DNA from: Candidatus Yanofskybacteria bacterium RIFCSPHIGHO2_01_FULL_41_21
Lineage (GTDB): Bacteria; Patescibacteriota; Minisyncoccia; 2-02-FULL-40-12; GWA2-44-9
Assembly: GCA_001794025.1 (NCBI GenBank)
Contig: MGJA01000003.1
Span: forward strand, 76,909-140,908
DNA: 64,000 nt
Direction: 5' to 3'
Part shown: in pieces, positions 21,129-30,870 of the stretch
Position numbering within the stretch: position 1 is the stretch's first letter
Layout of the letters: each line of letters opens with the position of its first letter
The notes under the pieces: model-generated
What the model was told of the DNA's origin: nothing
Database searches by the model: none
What the model saw: the letters and a program-made list of their open reading frames with translations, nothing else
Program-made: the position numbers and the translations under genes

Positions 21129-22286
21129 ATGAGCGTTCTTGTTGCCGGATATACATACATTCATAGTTCGTATTTTAATACTTTTCGAAATTATCCCGGT
21201 GATATATTTTTTTTACTTCCAAAAATATGGAAGGCAAAAGGTGGAAGAGTTGTATATACTCCTCCTGTCGGTGATAACGTCATTACCGCCACGACCGTAT
21301 TTTCACATTCCCACTATCCTATTATCGGTGGTCTATTGAAAGGATGGATGCCCGCATTCCCTCTGGTGTTATGGCGGGAGAAAAAAAGAAAAAAAATCGG
21401 ACTTGTTTTCAGTTGTGGTGAACCGACTTTGCTCTCTACCCTCTATAACGCTTTTTGGTCAAAGATGTTTGGTCTAAAACATATTCCATTCAGTTGGGAG
21501 AATATTCCGTATACCATAAAATTTAAAGGTATTTCCGGATTGCTTCACTATCTAATACTTCGGGCATGCCTAGCTCTCTCGGATGGAATCATTTGCGGTA
21601 ATTCTAAAGGTAGAGATATTTTCATGACTATTACAAAAAAACCTATTGCCGTGATTCCTCTTATTGGTGTAGACGAAGAATTTTTTAAACCGTTCAATAC
21701 GGAGAAAAAATTTATGGGTAAGGACTTCTTAGGAAAGACGGTCTTTACATTCGTTGGCGCCCTTGGTTATCGAAAAGGCATCCATCTTGCCATAAGCGTT
21801 TTTCAGAAGGTTGTGGACAGTGTTCCTAATGCTGTGCTGGTCGTTGCCGGTACAGGTGAATATGAACAAGAACTTGAAAATTTAATAAAGGAAAAGTCGC
21901 TTCAGGATGTTGTTTTTCGTTTTCCATGGCTTGATCATGGTCAACTCAAAGAACTTCTGGCTGTTTCCGATATTTTTTTATACCCTAGTTTTTCATTTGG
22001 CGGATGGGAAGAACAATTTGGATATTCTATGGCTGAAGCATCATTGATGGAACTTCCCGTGATCTCTACTTGCTCTGGATCAATATCTGATGTTATAGTT
22101 GATGGACAGACAGGAATTCTAGTAAAACCGGAAAGTTCTGAAGAGCTTGCAAAAGCGATGATTACTCTTGGCCAGGACAGAGAACTTTGTGTACGTTTAG
22201 GTAAAGCTGGCCGCCTTTATATAGGTGAACGTTTTAACTCTAATAGAGTTGCCACAATGTTCTATAATTTTTTTAAACAAATATGA
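21129..22286 (+). CDS. Glycosyltransferase family 4 (GT-B)
   Basis: FGYSMAEASLMELPVISTCSGSISDVIVDGQTGILV. Confidence 0.75.
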   Translation: MSVLVAGYTYIHSSYFNTFRNYPGDIFFLLPKIWKAKGGRVVYTPPVGDNVITATTVFSHSHYPIIGGLLKGWMPAFPLVLWREKKRKKIGLVFSCGEPTLLSTLYNAFWSKMFGLKHIPFSWENIPYTIKFKGISGLLHYLILRACLALSDGIICGNSKGRDIFMTITKKPIAVIPLIGVDEEFFKPFNTEKKFMGKDFLGKTVFTFVGALGYRKGIHLAISVFQKVVDSVPNAVLVVAGTGEYEQELENLIKEKSLQDVVFRFPWLDHGQLKELLAVSDIFLYPSFSFGGWEEQFGYSMAEASLMELPVISTCSGSISDVIVDGQTGILVKPESSEELAKAMITLGQDRELCVRLGKAGRLYIGERFNSNRVATMFYNFFKQI

Positions 22287-22981
22287 AGATATCTATTATT
22301 ATCCCGGCCTATAACGAGAAAAATACAATTTTGGGTATATTGGAGGCGGTAGAAAATGTTCAATTGCCTGGCATAGAAAAAGAAATTATCGTTATTGATG
22401 ATGGTTCCACTGATGGAACTCGTGATTTATTGAAAGGATTTTCCGAAAAACATACAATTGTATTTCACGAAAAAAATAAGGGCAAAGGCGGAGCATTACG
22501 AACTGGATTTGCCCGGGCGACTGGCGATTACATAATCATTCAAGATGCGGATTTAGAATATGACCCAAATGATTACCGAGTCCTAGCTGAACCAATCCAA
22601 GCCGGAAAGGCGGACGTTGTTTTTGGTTCCCGCCGCCTTGATTCAGAAAAAAATCGTTACGCATATGAACGGTATAGGTTGGGAGGTATGCTGGTCGGCG
22701 CCCTTGTAAATATTTTTTCTGGTATCAGGTTGCACGATGTTTTATCAATGAGTAAGATATTTCCTCGAAGTGCTCTCTCCAAGATTAATCTAAGGAGTGG
22801 TGGTTTTGAAATGGATATAGAACTTAATATCAAATTAGTGTTGGCGGGCTACCGAATAGCTGAAGTACCAATTTCCTATCAGGCCCGGACAATCCAAGCC
22901 GGTAAAAAAGTTCGACCATCCGATGCGATAAAAATTCTTAAGGTGGCAATCCAATCAAGATGGCAAAAATTATCAGCATAA
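22283..22981 (+). CDS. GT2 polyprenyl-phosphate sugar synthase-like (Dpm1/ArnC/GtrB type)
   Basis: ISIIIPAYNEKNTI ... IIVIDDGSTDGT ... IIQDADLEYDP. Confidence 0.8.
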   Translation: MKISIIIPAYNEKNTILGILEAVENVQLPGIEKEIIVIDDGSTDGTRDLLKGFSEKHTIVFHEKNKGKGGALRTGFARATGDYIIIQDADLEYDPNDYRVLAEPIQAGKADVVFGSRRLDSEKNRYAYERYRLGGMLVGALVNIFSGIRLHDVLSMSKIFPRSALSKINLRSGGFEMDIELNIKLVLAGYRIAEVPISYQARTIQAGKKVRPSDAIKILKVAIQSRWQKLSA

Positions 22982-24291
22982 TTAAGAGACATAAATTAAT
23001 TACCGGGATTATTTTTGTTGGTCTTCTGGTGACTCTCTCATATTCATTTTATTTTCAAGTTCGGGTTGCGGTAGATGCAAAGGCCTATGACAGTATTGCC
23101 TGGAGTTTGGTACAGGGAACAGGATATACTGAAACAACCAGCTCCATCCCTAATTCATCAGTTGGGCGATCGGGGCCCGGCTATGAATTTTTTCTGGCGT
23201 TTTGGTATTTAATTTTTGGTCATAATCTTTGGATTATTTGGATTGTCCAATCCTTAATACATGCCGGTTCGGCCCTCCTGGTCTATTTAATTATTAAACA
23301 ATTACTTGATGATTCTCGAAGCGAATTGTTTGCCTCTCTCGGGGCGGGATTTTATATTTTTTTCATTGATCTTTTAGAAATGCCGTCTATGATATTGACT
23401 GAAACATTGTATATGTTTCTGATTTTATACGGTGTCCACTTATCTATTAAGTTGTGGGGAAAACCAACATTTAAGATTACTGCCGAAATAGCTGTTTTCT
23501 TTACCCTCGCGGTTCTTATCAGACCCCAAGCAGCATTACTCTTGGTGTTTACTTTAGGATTTTTACTTTGGAACCGTCTTTACCGGCATGCTTTAGTATT
23601 AATAATGGTGACAGTTATCCTGATGACTCCATGGACCATTCGCAACTACAGAGTATTTAATAAATTTATCCCTACCGGTATGCAACTGGGATATAATTTG
23701 TGGGTCGGCAACAGCCCTGATTCAAAATTTGTCGGGGAGATGGTTGCGACTAAAGAGATAGATAAGTATGCCGAGGAGTACGGTTATTTCGCCGCCAATG
23801 AGCGGGGAATACAGGAAGTGAAGAATCTTGCCCTACGTCACCCGCTCACGTTTCTGAAGCTTCAGCTGGTCAAAACGTCGGTATATTTTAGCGTTGCCCG
23901 ACCGGCAGCATTCTGGTTCCATCTTAAGGGATTATCTCAACTAGTAACCATTGGATTTTCCAGTTTATTTGCTTTCATTGTATTTATTTTCGGGCTAGCC
24001 GGATTTTGGCGTTTTGTAAAAAAGAAAGACATTGTTTCTCGGATGTTCGTATTATTTACATTAGCTGCTCCGGTCGGGGTTATTTGGACTATTGTGGAGA
24101 CGAGATATCGCTATCAATTATATCCGTTTGCGATTGTTTTGGGCGTTATGTTTTTAGCCGAATTTATTAAAAACAAAAAAGAGCTCTCTCGTATTCTTTT
24201 GGTTACCGCCATGCTTGTTACAGCCAACACTCTTTTTGATTTCATTCACAATTCGGCACGTGTGATAGAGCGTCTTCAGCGACTCTGGTAG
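22960..24291 (+). CDS. GT-C family membrane glycosyltransferase (ArnT/PMT_2-like)
   Basis: Polytopic membrane protein immediately downstream of and overlapping the Dpm1-like GT2. Confidence 0.55.
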   Translation: MAKIISIIKRHKLITGIIFVGLLVTLSYSFYFQVRVAVDAKAYDSIAWSLVQGTGYTETTSSIPNSSVGRSGPGYEFFLAFWYLIFGHNLWIIWIVQSLIHAGSALLVYLIIKQLLDDSRSELFASLGAGFYIFFIDLLEMPSMILTETLYMFLILYGVHLSIKLWGKPTFKITAEIAVFFTLAVLIRPQAALLLVFTLGFLLWNRLYRHALVLIMVTVILMTPWTIRNYRVFNKFIPTGMQLGYNLWVGNSPDSKFVGEMVATKEIDKYAEEYGYFAANERGIQEVKNLALRHPLTFLKLQLVKTSVYFSVARPAAFWFHLKGLSQLVTIGFSSLFAFIVFIFGLAGFWRFVKKKDIVSRMFVLFTLAAPVGVIWTIVETRYRYQLYPFAIVLGVMFLAEFIKNKKELSRILLVTAMLVTANTLFDFIHNSARVIERLQRLW

Positions 24292-24293
24292 GA

Positions 24294-25082
24294 TTGTTTC
24301 CAATGAACAAAGAAGAAATAAAAACAATAATGGATGTTGAGGGCTACACTTCTTTGAAAGAGGGTTTGTTTTTATATTCTCTGGCGGGCACTCTTATAAA
24401 TTCTCCGGTTATGGTTGAAATTGGAAGCTGGAAGGGGCGTTCCACAATTTGGTTAGCCAGTGGTTTGAGAGACGGCACTGGCAGTGGCCGAGTTGTGGCC
24501 GTAGATCATGGTGTTGGTGATTCGGATGCCGGTATTCAGCAGACAGCGGAAATTTTTTCTGCCAATATAAAAAAAAGTAATGTCGCTGAAATGATAACCA
24601 CAATTTTTAAGAAATCCGAAGAAGCTATTAGTAACTGGTCAGATCCTGTTGATATGCTTTTTATTGATGGGGCTCATGATTACGAAAATGTAAAAAGAGA
24701 TTTTGCGTGGGAGGAGTTCTTAAAAGATGGTGGTTGGTTGGTTATGCACGATGTTCTTAATCCTGCGGAAGGACCCGCACGTATGTTTTTGGAAAGGGTT
24801 ATCAAAACAAACGGTTTTAAAAATTTTGGCACCGTTGATTCAATTCTTTTTGCCCAAAAAGGAGAAGGACTTAAACGGTATGATTTAAGAAAAACAATTA
24901 TTGGGATACTCTTGAGATTTTGTCTTATTTTAACCAAAGTCAATAAAAAACTTCCCAAAAATGGTTTACCTAAAAAAATTGTAAGGATTTTAATGAAGGA
25001 TATTGTTAGGGGTTTAATTACTAAGGTCGCAAATTTTAAACTTGTCGGTTTTGATAAAATAAAGACCGAATTAACGCAATGA
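24294..25082 (+). CDS. Class I SAM-dependent methyltransferase (Methyltransf_24-like O-methyltransferase)
   Basis: MVEIGSWKGRST ... LFIDGAHDYENV ... GGWLVMHDV. Confidence 0.65.
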   Translation: MFPMNKEEIKTIMDVEGYTSLKEGLFLYSLAGTLINSPVMVEIGSWKGRSTIWLASGLRDGTGSGRVVAVDHGVGDSDAGIQQTAEIFSANIKKSNVAEMITTIFKKSEEAISNWSDPVDMLFIDGAHDYENVKRDFAWEEFLKDGGWLVMHDVLNPAEGPARMFLERVIKTNGFKNFGTVDSILFAQKGEGLKRYDLRKTIIGILLRFCLILTKVNKKLPKNGLPKKIVRILMKDIVRGLITKVANFKLVGFDKIKTELTQ

Positions 25083-25084
25083 GT

Positions 25085-25194
25085 CCCGTTAGAAATGAAC
25101 CCTACGGGTATAAATATGAAAATCAATAATATAAAAATGATTGTAACCAGCCACCACCTCAAGACGGTGGACGGTCTGTTACATTTCTAACGGG
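25085..25194 (+). repeat. 110-nt TIR element copy 2; mini-ORF 25095-25190
   Basis: cccgttagaaatg ... catttctaacggg; immediately followed by ATG 25195. Confidence 0.9.
25095..25190 (+). CDS. Conserved 31-codon mini-ORF inside the repeat (MNPTGINMKINNIKMIVTSHHLKTVDGLLHF); TAA 4 nt before the downstream ATG
   Basis: Intact, same length and frame in all 5 repeat copies. Could be a leader peptide or a coincidence of a structured element. Confidence 0.3.
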   Translation: MNPTGINMKINNIKMIVTSHHLKTVDGLLHF

Positions 25195-26226
25195 ATGAAG
25201 ATATTATATATTTCTCCACACGGTGATTTTACCGACCAGATGAAGAGGGTTTTTATTGAAAATGGTGTAGAGATTATTTATATTGATGATAGAAAGAATT
25301 ATTTTATGCCGTGGTTATTGAGAGGGTCTTTAATTTGGAAGATAACTAGACGGATAAATTTCATAAGAAGAAAAAGTAATGAAATTCTAAATGAAAAAGC
25401 GATAGAATTATGCCGGAAACATCACCCAGATTTTTTGTTTACAGGGAAAGGGATGAACATAAAGGTCTCAACTGTTTTAAAAATTAAAAGCATGGGCATA
25501 AAAACGGTAACTTGGTTTATGGAAAATACCTATCAGGAAAGGTATTTTAATTGGTTTTCTAATAATTATCTAAATTATGATTACGTATTTACCAATGATT
25601 CATATTTGTTTGATAAATTTTTTAATAAATCCTCTGCAAAACTGTGTAATATTTCAATGACCATTGACCCCGATTGTTATAAGGAACAAACTTTAAACAA
25701 AGAAGAGGCAGAAAAATATTCCTGTGATGTTTGTTTTGTGGGTGCATTTGATCAAAACAGAGAAAGAATTCTTAGTAAGGTAAACGAGATAAAAGGACTT
25801 AATCTAAAAATTTTTGGCTGGGTCGGCTGGAAAAACTCTTCTTTAGCGTCTTTATACCACGGTCCCCTTAATCTTGAACAAATGGCTAAACTTTACAGGT
25901 CTGCTAAAATTTGTCTCAATATAAATGGTCGAAATAAAAGTACTGATCCAGTAATGAATGGTGTTAGTTTAAAGACCTTTGAGATTCCGGCTTCAAATGG
26001 GTTTCAAATATCTGATTATCGTAAAGACGTAGAGGATCTTTTTAAAATAGGAGAAGAAATTGAAATATTCAGAAGTGATGATGAGTTGATTGATAAGATT
26101 AAATTTTATTTAAATAATGAAGAGGCCAGAAATAAAATTGCTGAAGCCGGCCACAAAAGAGTTTTAACGAGTCATACTCTTGATAAGCGGGTCAAAGATA
26201 TATTGAATTTTATTCAGACCAATTGA
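25195..26226 (+). CDS. CgeB-like / DUF3880 glycosyltransferase-family protein
   Basis: C-terminal half resembles CgeB-type glycosyltransferase-like domain (FEIPASNGFQISDY...). Confidence 0.45.
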   Translation: MKILYISPHGDFTDQMKRVFIENGVEIIYIDDRKNYFMPWLLRGSLIWKITRRINFIRRKSNEILNEKAIELCRKHHPDFLFTGKGMNIKVSTVLKIKSMGIKTVTWFMENTYQERYFNWFSNNYLNYDYVFTNDSYLFDKFFNKSSAKLCNISMTIDPDCYKEQTLNKEEAEKYSCDVCFVGAFDQNRERILSKVNEIKGLNLKIFGWVGWKNSSLASLYHGPLNLEQMAKLYRSAKICLNINGRNKSTDPVMNGVSLKTFEIPASNGFQISDYRKDVEDLFKIGEEIEIFRSDDELIDKIKFYLNNEEARNKIAEAGHKRVLTSHTLDKRVKDILNFIQTN

Positions 26227-26232
26227 ATGAAT

Positions 26233-26342
26233 CCCGTTAGAAATGAACCCTACGGGTATATGTATGAAAATCAATAATATAAAAATGATTGCAACTGGCC
26301 ACCATCTCAAGACGGTGGATGATCAGTTACATCTCTAACGGG
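26233..26342 (+). repeat. 110-nt TIR element copy 3; mini-ORF 26243-26338
   Basis: Same element; followed by ATG 26343. Confidence 0.9.
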
Positions 26343-27368
26343 ATGAACAACAAAGTAAAAATCGGAATTTTGGGATGTGCGGATATTGCCAAGAGATATG
26401 CAATTAAAGCATTCCAATCAATAGATAATTGCGAAGTCGTCAGTATCGCCAGTCGTAATCCCGTAAAGGCCAAAGAATGGGCGTTGGATTTTAATATACA
26501 AGCGGAAGAATCATACGATTCTTTGTTGAACAATAAAGACATAGATGCGGTCTATATACCCCTACCGGTGGGATTACATAAAGAATGGGCCCTCAAAGCA
26601 GTTGCGGTCGGCAAACATATTATCTGCGAGAAATCTTTGGCTGAGGATTTTGAATCCGTAAAAAGTATAGTGTCTGCTTGCCAATCTAAAGGAGTAGTTT
26701 TGTACGAGAATTTTATGACCGATTTTCATCCTCAACATCAAAAAGTATTATCTATTATTGAGAATGGGGATATTGGCGAGCCATTTATATTTAGAAGTTT
26801 TTTTGGTTTTCCTCCACTAAAAAAGGACAACATTAGATACGACAGTAAACTTGGCGGGGGTTGCCTTAATGATGTCGGTGCGCATATCGTCTTTATGGCG
26901 CGGAAGATTTTTAAAAAAGAACCCGTTTCGGTTATGTGTAATTTGATAAACGACAAAAAGCTTGGCGTTGATACGGGAGGTACAGCGGTGCTTGAATTTT
27001 CAGATGGCCAAGCAGCGTTAATGGGCTTTAGTTTTTGTTCATCCTATCAAAATAATTATTCTGTGTGGGGGAGCAAGGCCGTGCTTAATGTGAAACAGGC
27101 CTATTCTATAAGGCCAGACACGAAACCAATCGTTGAGCTTACTCAAATTCAGAACTACCAGGAGGTAGTAACCCAAATCAACGCACCTTCAGCCAACCAG
27201 TTTGAAATACTTTTTCATGATTTTTGCGATACTATCTTAAATCAGGAAAACAGGGCTGAAAAAATTAATAATATCTATTTACGTCTTCTGGCTCAAGCCA
27301 AGGTTTTAGAAGCCATGCGCCTGTCCGCTTTGGAGAATAGAATGGTTGAGGTTAAGGAAATTAAATGA
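26343..27368 (+). CDS. Gfo/Idh/MocA-family NAD(P)-dependent oxidoreductase (putative NDP-sugar keto-reductase/dehydrogenase)
   Basis: KIGILGCADIAKRYAIKAF Rossmann N-terminus. The track ORF (26289, TTG) is an artefactual extension into the repeat. Confidence 0.75.
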   Translation: MNNKVKIGILGCADIAKRYAIKAFQSIDNCEVVSIASRNPVKAKEWALDFNIQAEESYDSLLNNKDIDAVYIPLPVGLHKEWALKAVAVGKHIICEKSLAEDFESVKSIVSACQSKGVVLYENFMTDFHPQHQKVLSIIENGDIGEPFIFRSFFGFPPLKKDNIRYDSKLGGGCLNDVGAHIVFMARKIFKKEPVSVMCNLINDKKLGVDTGGTAVLEFSDGQAALMGFSFCSSYQNNYSVWGSKAVLNVKQAYSIRPDTKPIVELTQIQNYQEVVTQINAPSANQFEILFHDFCDTILNQENRAEKINNIYLRLLAQAKVLEAMRLSALENRMVEVKEIK

Positions 27369-27382
27369 TCTAGTATAAAAAA

Positions 27383-27404
27383 GGGGCCGGCATAAGCCGG
27401 CCCC
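27383..27404. terminator. Bidirectional stem-loop terminator (ggggccggc-ataa-gccggcccc), stronger on - strand
   Basis: 9-bp GC stem between convergent genes; A6 upstream gives a U-tract on the minus strand. Confidence 0.75.
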
Positions 27405-27419
27405 CATTCAACGACGGTC

Positions 27420-28058
27420 TTACTTATCTCTGTTAGTTAAATAACTAAGGATTTCCTTGGGCAGAAGCATGTCTCCCTTTTGAGAGTACACACCCAAGCG
27501 TGTCCATTCAGTGGCCAGAAGTTCTAGTCGTGTCCCGGCTACTTTTCCTTGAGAATGTCTCACGACATTTTGCCAAGGAAGAGGTGAACCTCGTTGGGCA
27601 TAGAGCTTCAGTTTAGGGTAGAATTTAATGGCACAACTTACCGCTGTGACGAAGGCTCGGACGAGGTGAAATTCAGGAGCAACTATGCCGACTGATTCCA
27701 GACCTTTGTCTTTTGCGAAGTTAATCAAAGCTTTTAACTCCGTGTAAGTATTGAATACATCTTCAGAGAGATTGGAATTAAAGATTGGACCAGAGTATCC
27801 TTTTTCCTTCAAATTGGCCCTAATGTATTCGGCCCCCGAATAACCATTTCTAGTGTGCCCGGTGCAGATAATGATAGCTCGGCTTCGGTCGCAGGAATAG
27901 CAGTCGACGGCTCCATTAATGCTGGAGTCCTGATTGTCAGTGGTCTCTCCCACGACATAACAGGCATCGATAGGTTTGAGTGGGAGGGTATCGCACAAAA
28001 TTCTCGTTGTTAATTGGCTGACTTCTTCTTGGTTTTGGGCGTAGGTGGGCACAGTCAC
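27420..28058 (-). CDS. Hypothetical protein, possibly DUF218 (YdcF/ElyC-like)
   Basis: Weak resemblance (IIICTGHTRNGYSG ... VGIVAPEFHLVRAF). Confidence 0.35.
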   Translation of the reverse strand: MTVPTYAQNQEEVSQLTTRILCDTLPLKPIDACYVVGETTDNQDSSINGAVDCYSCDRSRAIIICTGHTRNGYSGAEYIRANLKEKGYSGPIFNSNLSEDVFNTYTELKALINFAKDKGLESVGIVAPEFHLVRAFVTAVSCAIKFYPKLKLYAQRGSPLPWQNVVRHSQGKVAGTRLELLATEWTRLGVYSQKGDMLLPKEILSYLTNRDK

Positions 28059-28116
28059 TCCTTGTTAATGATTAAATTTTTTTAAAACTCTCGTCATAAA
28101 TTGTAGTATTTAATTA

Positions 28117-28128
28117 TAATTTTGTCAA
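28117..28128. promoter_or_regulatory. Second occurrence of palindrome TCAATATTGA in divergent promoter region
   Basis: ttttgtcaatattgaataat between divergent genes 27420-28058(-) and 28185(+). Confidence 0.35.
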
Positions 28129-28184
28129 TATTGAATAATTATGATAATAATGCTAGAGTTGGAAAACCAAAATAGCTATTCCTT

Positions 28185-28574
28185 ATGAAATTCACAAAGC
28201 AAATTAAGCCGGAGTTTGTTGATTCCCGTGGCGGAATCACTAAATTACTTGATGATGGTAAAACAAATATTAAAAGTATTCTGCTTATTACTTCAAAAAC
28301 AGGCAGTATTCGCTCTAATCATTATCACAAAAAAGATGCCCATTATATTTATATGATTTCCGGAGCAATGGAATATTTTGAAAAGCCGGTTAAAGGAAAT
28401 ACTAAAACAAAAAAAGTGGTTGTGAATGCGGGAGATATGGTCTATACGCCACCGATGGCGATTCATACCTCTAGGTTTACAAAGAATTCTGTTTTTATGG
28501 CGTTTTCTATTAAATCTAGAAACCAAAAGGCCTATGAAAAGGATACTATCCGTGTTCCATGTCTGATAAAATAA
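28185..28574 (+). CDS. Cupin-fold NDP-sugar ketoisomerase/epimerase (WxcM/FdtA-like), second paralog
   Basis: IRSNHYHKKDAHYIYMISG His motif; ~129 aa. Confidence 0.55.
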   Translation: MKFTKQIKPEFVDSRGGITKLLDDGKTNIKSILLITSKTGSIRSNHYHKKDAHYIYMISGAMEYFEKPVKGNTKTKKVVVNAGDMVYTPPMAIHTSRFTKNSVFMAFSIKSRNQKAYEKDTIRVPCLIK

Positions 28575-29818
28575 TGGCGATTATAAAAAAAAATCTTGCC
28601 TGCAGAGCATGTGGTTCTCGTGAACTGGAAGAGTTTTTGTCTTTGGGCAAGACACCGCCGGCAAATGCGTTTCTTAAAAAAAAGGACTTCAATAAAGAAA
28701 AGTTCCATCCATTACGGGTTGGTGTTTGTCGTTCGTGCAAATTAGTTCAACTTCTAGATGTTGTAAGCAAAGAGCATCTATTTTCTCATTATGTCTATTT
28801 TTTTTCAGCGATGCCGACGGCTTCCAATCATTTCGGTGTTTATGCTCAAGATATAATCAGGAGATTTATAAAAGATCCAGTTAATAACCTTATTGTTGAG
28901 TTAGGGAGCAATGACGGTCTTCTTCTCAAATCCTTTCAAGGAAAAGGATGCAAGAAAGTACTTGGAATTGATCCAGCCAAAAATATTGTAAAATTTGCGA
29001 ATGACCAAGGTGTTCCGACCTTGGCCGATTTTTTTAGTCAGAAATTGGCACGTAACATTGCAAAAACTAAAGGCAAGGCCCAAGTTATAATCGGGAATAA
29101 TGTAGTGGCCCATATTGACGACTGGCAGGACTTAGCCAAAGGGGTGGATGAGCTTCTTTCTCAAGACGGCGTCTTTATTTTTGAGGCGCCGTATTTGATG
29201 GATATGTTTGAAAACCTTGCCTATGATTCTATCTATCATGAACACCTCTCTTATTTATCAGTTGCTCCCCTTGTCCGTTTCTTTAAGAAATACAAGATGG
29301 ATGTATTTGATGTTCAACCGTCTCAACGCCAAGGTCATTCAATCCGTGTCTTTGTATCTCGTATGGGTGAGTATAAAATATTGGCGAGTGTTAAGAAATT
29401 TCTAGATAAAGAAAATAAAGCCGGTTTGGGTAAGATGAGTTCATATCATGCGCTTGCCAAAAGAATTCAATCCTCGCGTGACCAACTCGTCGCGACCCTT
29501 AAAAATTTGAAGGATAAGAAGAAAATAATTGCTGCCTATGGCGCTCCGGCTCGTGGCAATACACTTTTAAACTACGGCAAAATTGGCACCAAACTAATTG
29601 ATTTCGCTACCGAAGAACTTCCTTTAAAAATAGGTTTATATAGTCCTGGGATGCATATTCCCGTTAAACATATTGATGATGCCAGAAAAAATCCACCCGA
29701 TTATTATTTAATGTTGGCTTGGAATTATAAAGACCAGATTATAAAAAAAGAGCCGGAATTTGTTAAGCAGGGCGGTAAATTCATTATTCCTATCGGTGAT
29801 AAAGTGGAGCTTATTTAA
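28574..29818 (+). CDS. NDP-hexose C-methyltransferase (TylCIII family), second paralog
   Basis: CRACGS...CRSC zinc ribbon; same architecture as 10452-11681. Start at 28574 aligns the N-termini (the alternative ATG 28559 is also possible). Confidence 0.8.
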   Translation: MAIIKKNLACRACGSRELEEFLSLGKTPPANAFLKKKDFNKEKFHPLRVGVCRSCKLVQLLDVVSKEHLFSHYVYFFSAMPTASNHFGVYAQDIIRRFIKDPVNNLIVELGSNDGLLLKSFQGKGCKKVLGIDPAKNIVKFANDQGVPTLADFFSQKLARNIAKTKGKAQVIIGNNVVAHIDDWQDLAKGVDELLSQDGVFIFEAPYLMDMFENLAYDSIYHEHLSYLSVAPLVRFFKKYKMDVFDVQPSQRQGHSIRVFVSRMGEYKILASVKKFLDKENKAGLGKMSSYHALAKRIQSSRDQLVATLKNLKDKKKIIAAYGAPARGNTLLNYGKIGTKLIDFATEELPLKIGLYSPGMHIPVKHIDDARKNPPDYYLMLAWNYKDQIIKKEPEFVKQGGKFIIPIGDKVELI

Positions 29819-29819
29819 T

Positions 29820-30860
29820 ATGATAAAAAATTCTCAAAAGAAATTATTAATTACTGGCGGAGCCGGTTTTATCGGTTCAAACTTTATTCATTTTATTTAC
29901 AATAAGTATCCCAATTACATAATTTATAATCTGGATTTACTAACCTATGCAGGGAATATAAGGAATATGGATAATTTGAAAGACATTAAGGGTTCAAAAA
30001 GGTATTTTTTTATTAAAGGTGATATTTGTGATGCTAAACTTGTGGGTGGTCTTTTCAAGAAACATAAATTTGATATTGTCGTGAATTTTGCGGCTGAAAG
30101 CCATGTGGATCGTTCTATTTCAAATGACTATCATTTCTTCAGAACTAATTTTACAGGAGTTCATAATCTCATTGCTTTAGTGCGAAAGTATGCCATCCCG
30201 AGATTTATTCAAATTTCTACCGATGAAATTTATGGGGATGTTCATAAGGGCGCTTCAGGGGAATCACACCCAATGCACCCTTCAAATCCTTATGCAGCTT
30301 CAAAAGCTGCAGCTGATCTTGTCGTGCAGTCGTACATGAGAACCCACAAACTACCCTTACTAATCGTCCGGGGCTCCAATAATTATGGCCCTTATCAGTA
30401 TCCTGAAAAACTTATCCCTCTGACTATTACTAATTTATTAGAAGATAAAAAAATTCCCATCCATGGCGACGGTCAACAACTACGACGCTGGCTTCATGTG
30501 GAGGATTTTTGTCGAGCCATAGATTTAATAATGAATAAAGGGAAGGACTTTAGTATTTACAATGTAGCAGGTAGTGAAACTTCAAATCTTAATATCGTAA
30601 TAATGGTTGCCAAAGTTCTCAAGAAAGATCCAAAAAAGTTTATTTTTTTCATTAATGATCGACCGGGCGGAGATCGTCGTTATGCGCCCGATGCAACCAA
30701 AATAAAAAAAGAGTTGGGATGGAGTCCCCAATATCACATTAAAAATCATCTTGTGAATGTTGTTGGTTGGTATTTAAATAACGAACAATGGTGGCAGGAT
30801 ATAAAAAAGAAGCAGGCATTCAAGGCATATTACAAGAAACAACTCCGTTCCGAGTATTAA
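29820..30860 (+). CDS. rfbB: dTDP-glucose 4,6-dehydratase
   Basis: LLITGGAGFIGSNF ... AAESHVDRSI ... YAASKAAADLVVQSY; classic RmlB signature. Start at Met 29820. Confidence 0.85.
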   Translation: MIKNSQKKLLITGGAGFIGSNFIHFIYNKYPNYIIYNLDLLTYAGNIRNMDNLKDIKGSKRYFFIKGDICDAKLVGGLFKKHKFDIVVNFAAESHVDRSISNDYHFFRTNFTGVHNLIALVRKYAIPRFIQISTDEIYGDVHKGASGESHPMHPSNPYAASKAAADLVVQSYMRTHKLPLLIVRGSNNYGPYQYPEKLIPLTITNLLEDKKIPIHGDGQQLRRWLHVEDFCRAIDLIMNKGKDFSIYNVAGSETSNLNIVIMVAKVLKKDPKKFIFFINDRPGGDRRYAPDATKIKKELGWSPQYHIKNHLVNVVGWYLNNEQWWQDIKKKQAFKAYYKKQLRSEY

Positions 30861-30870
30861 CCACTCTCTT

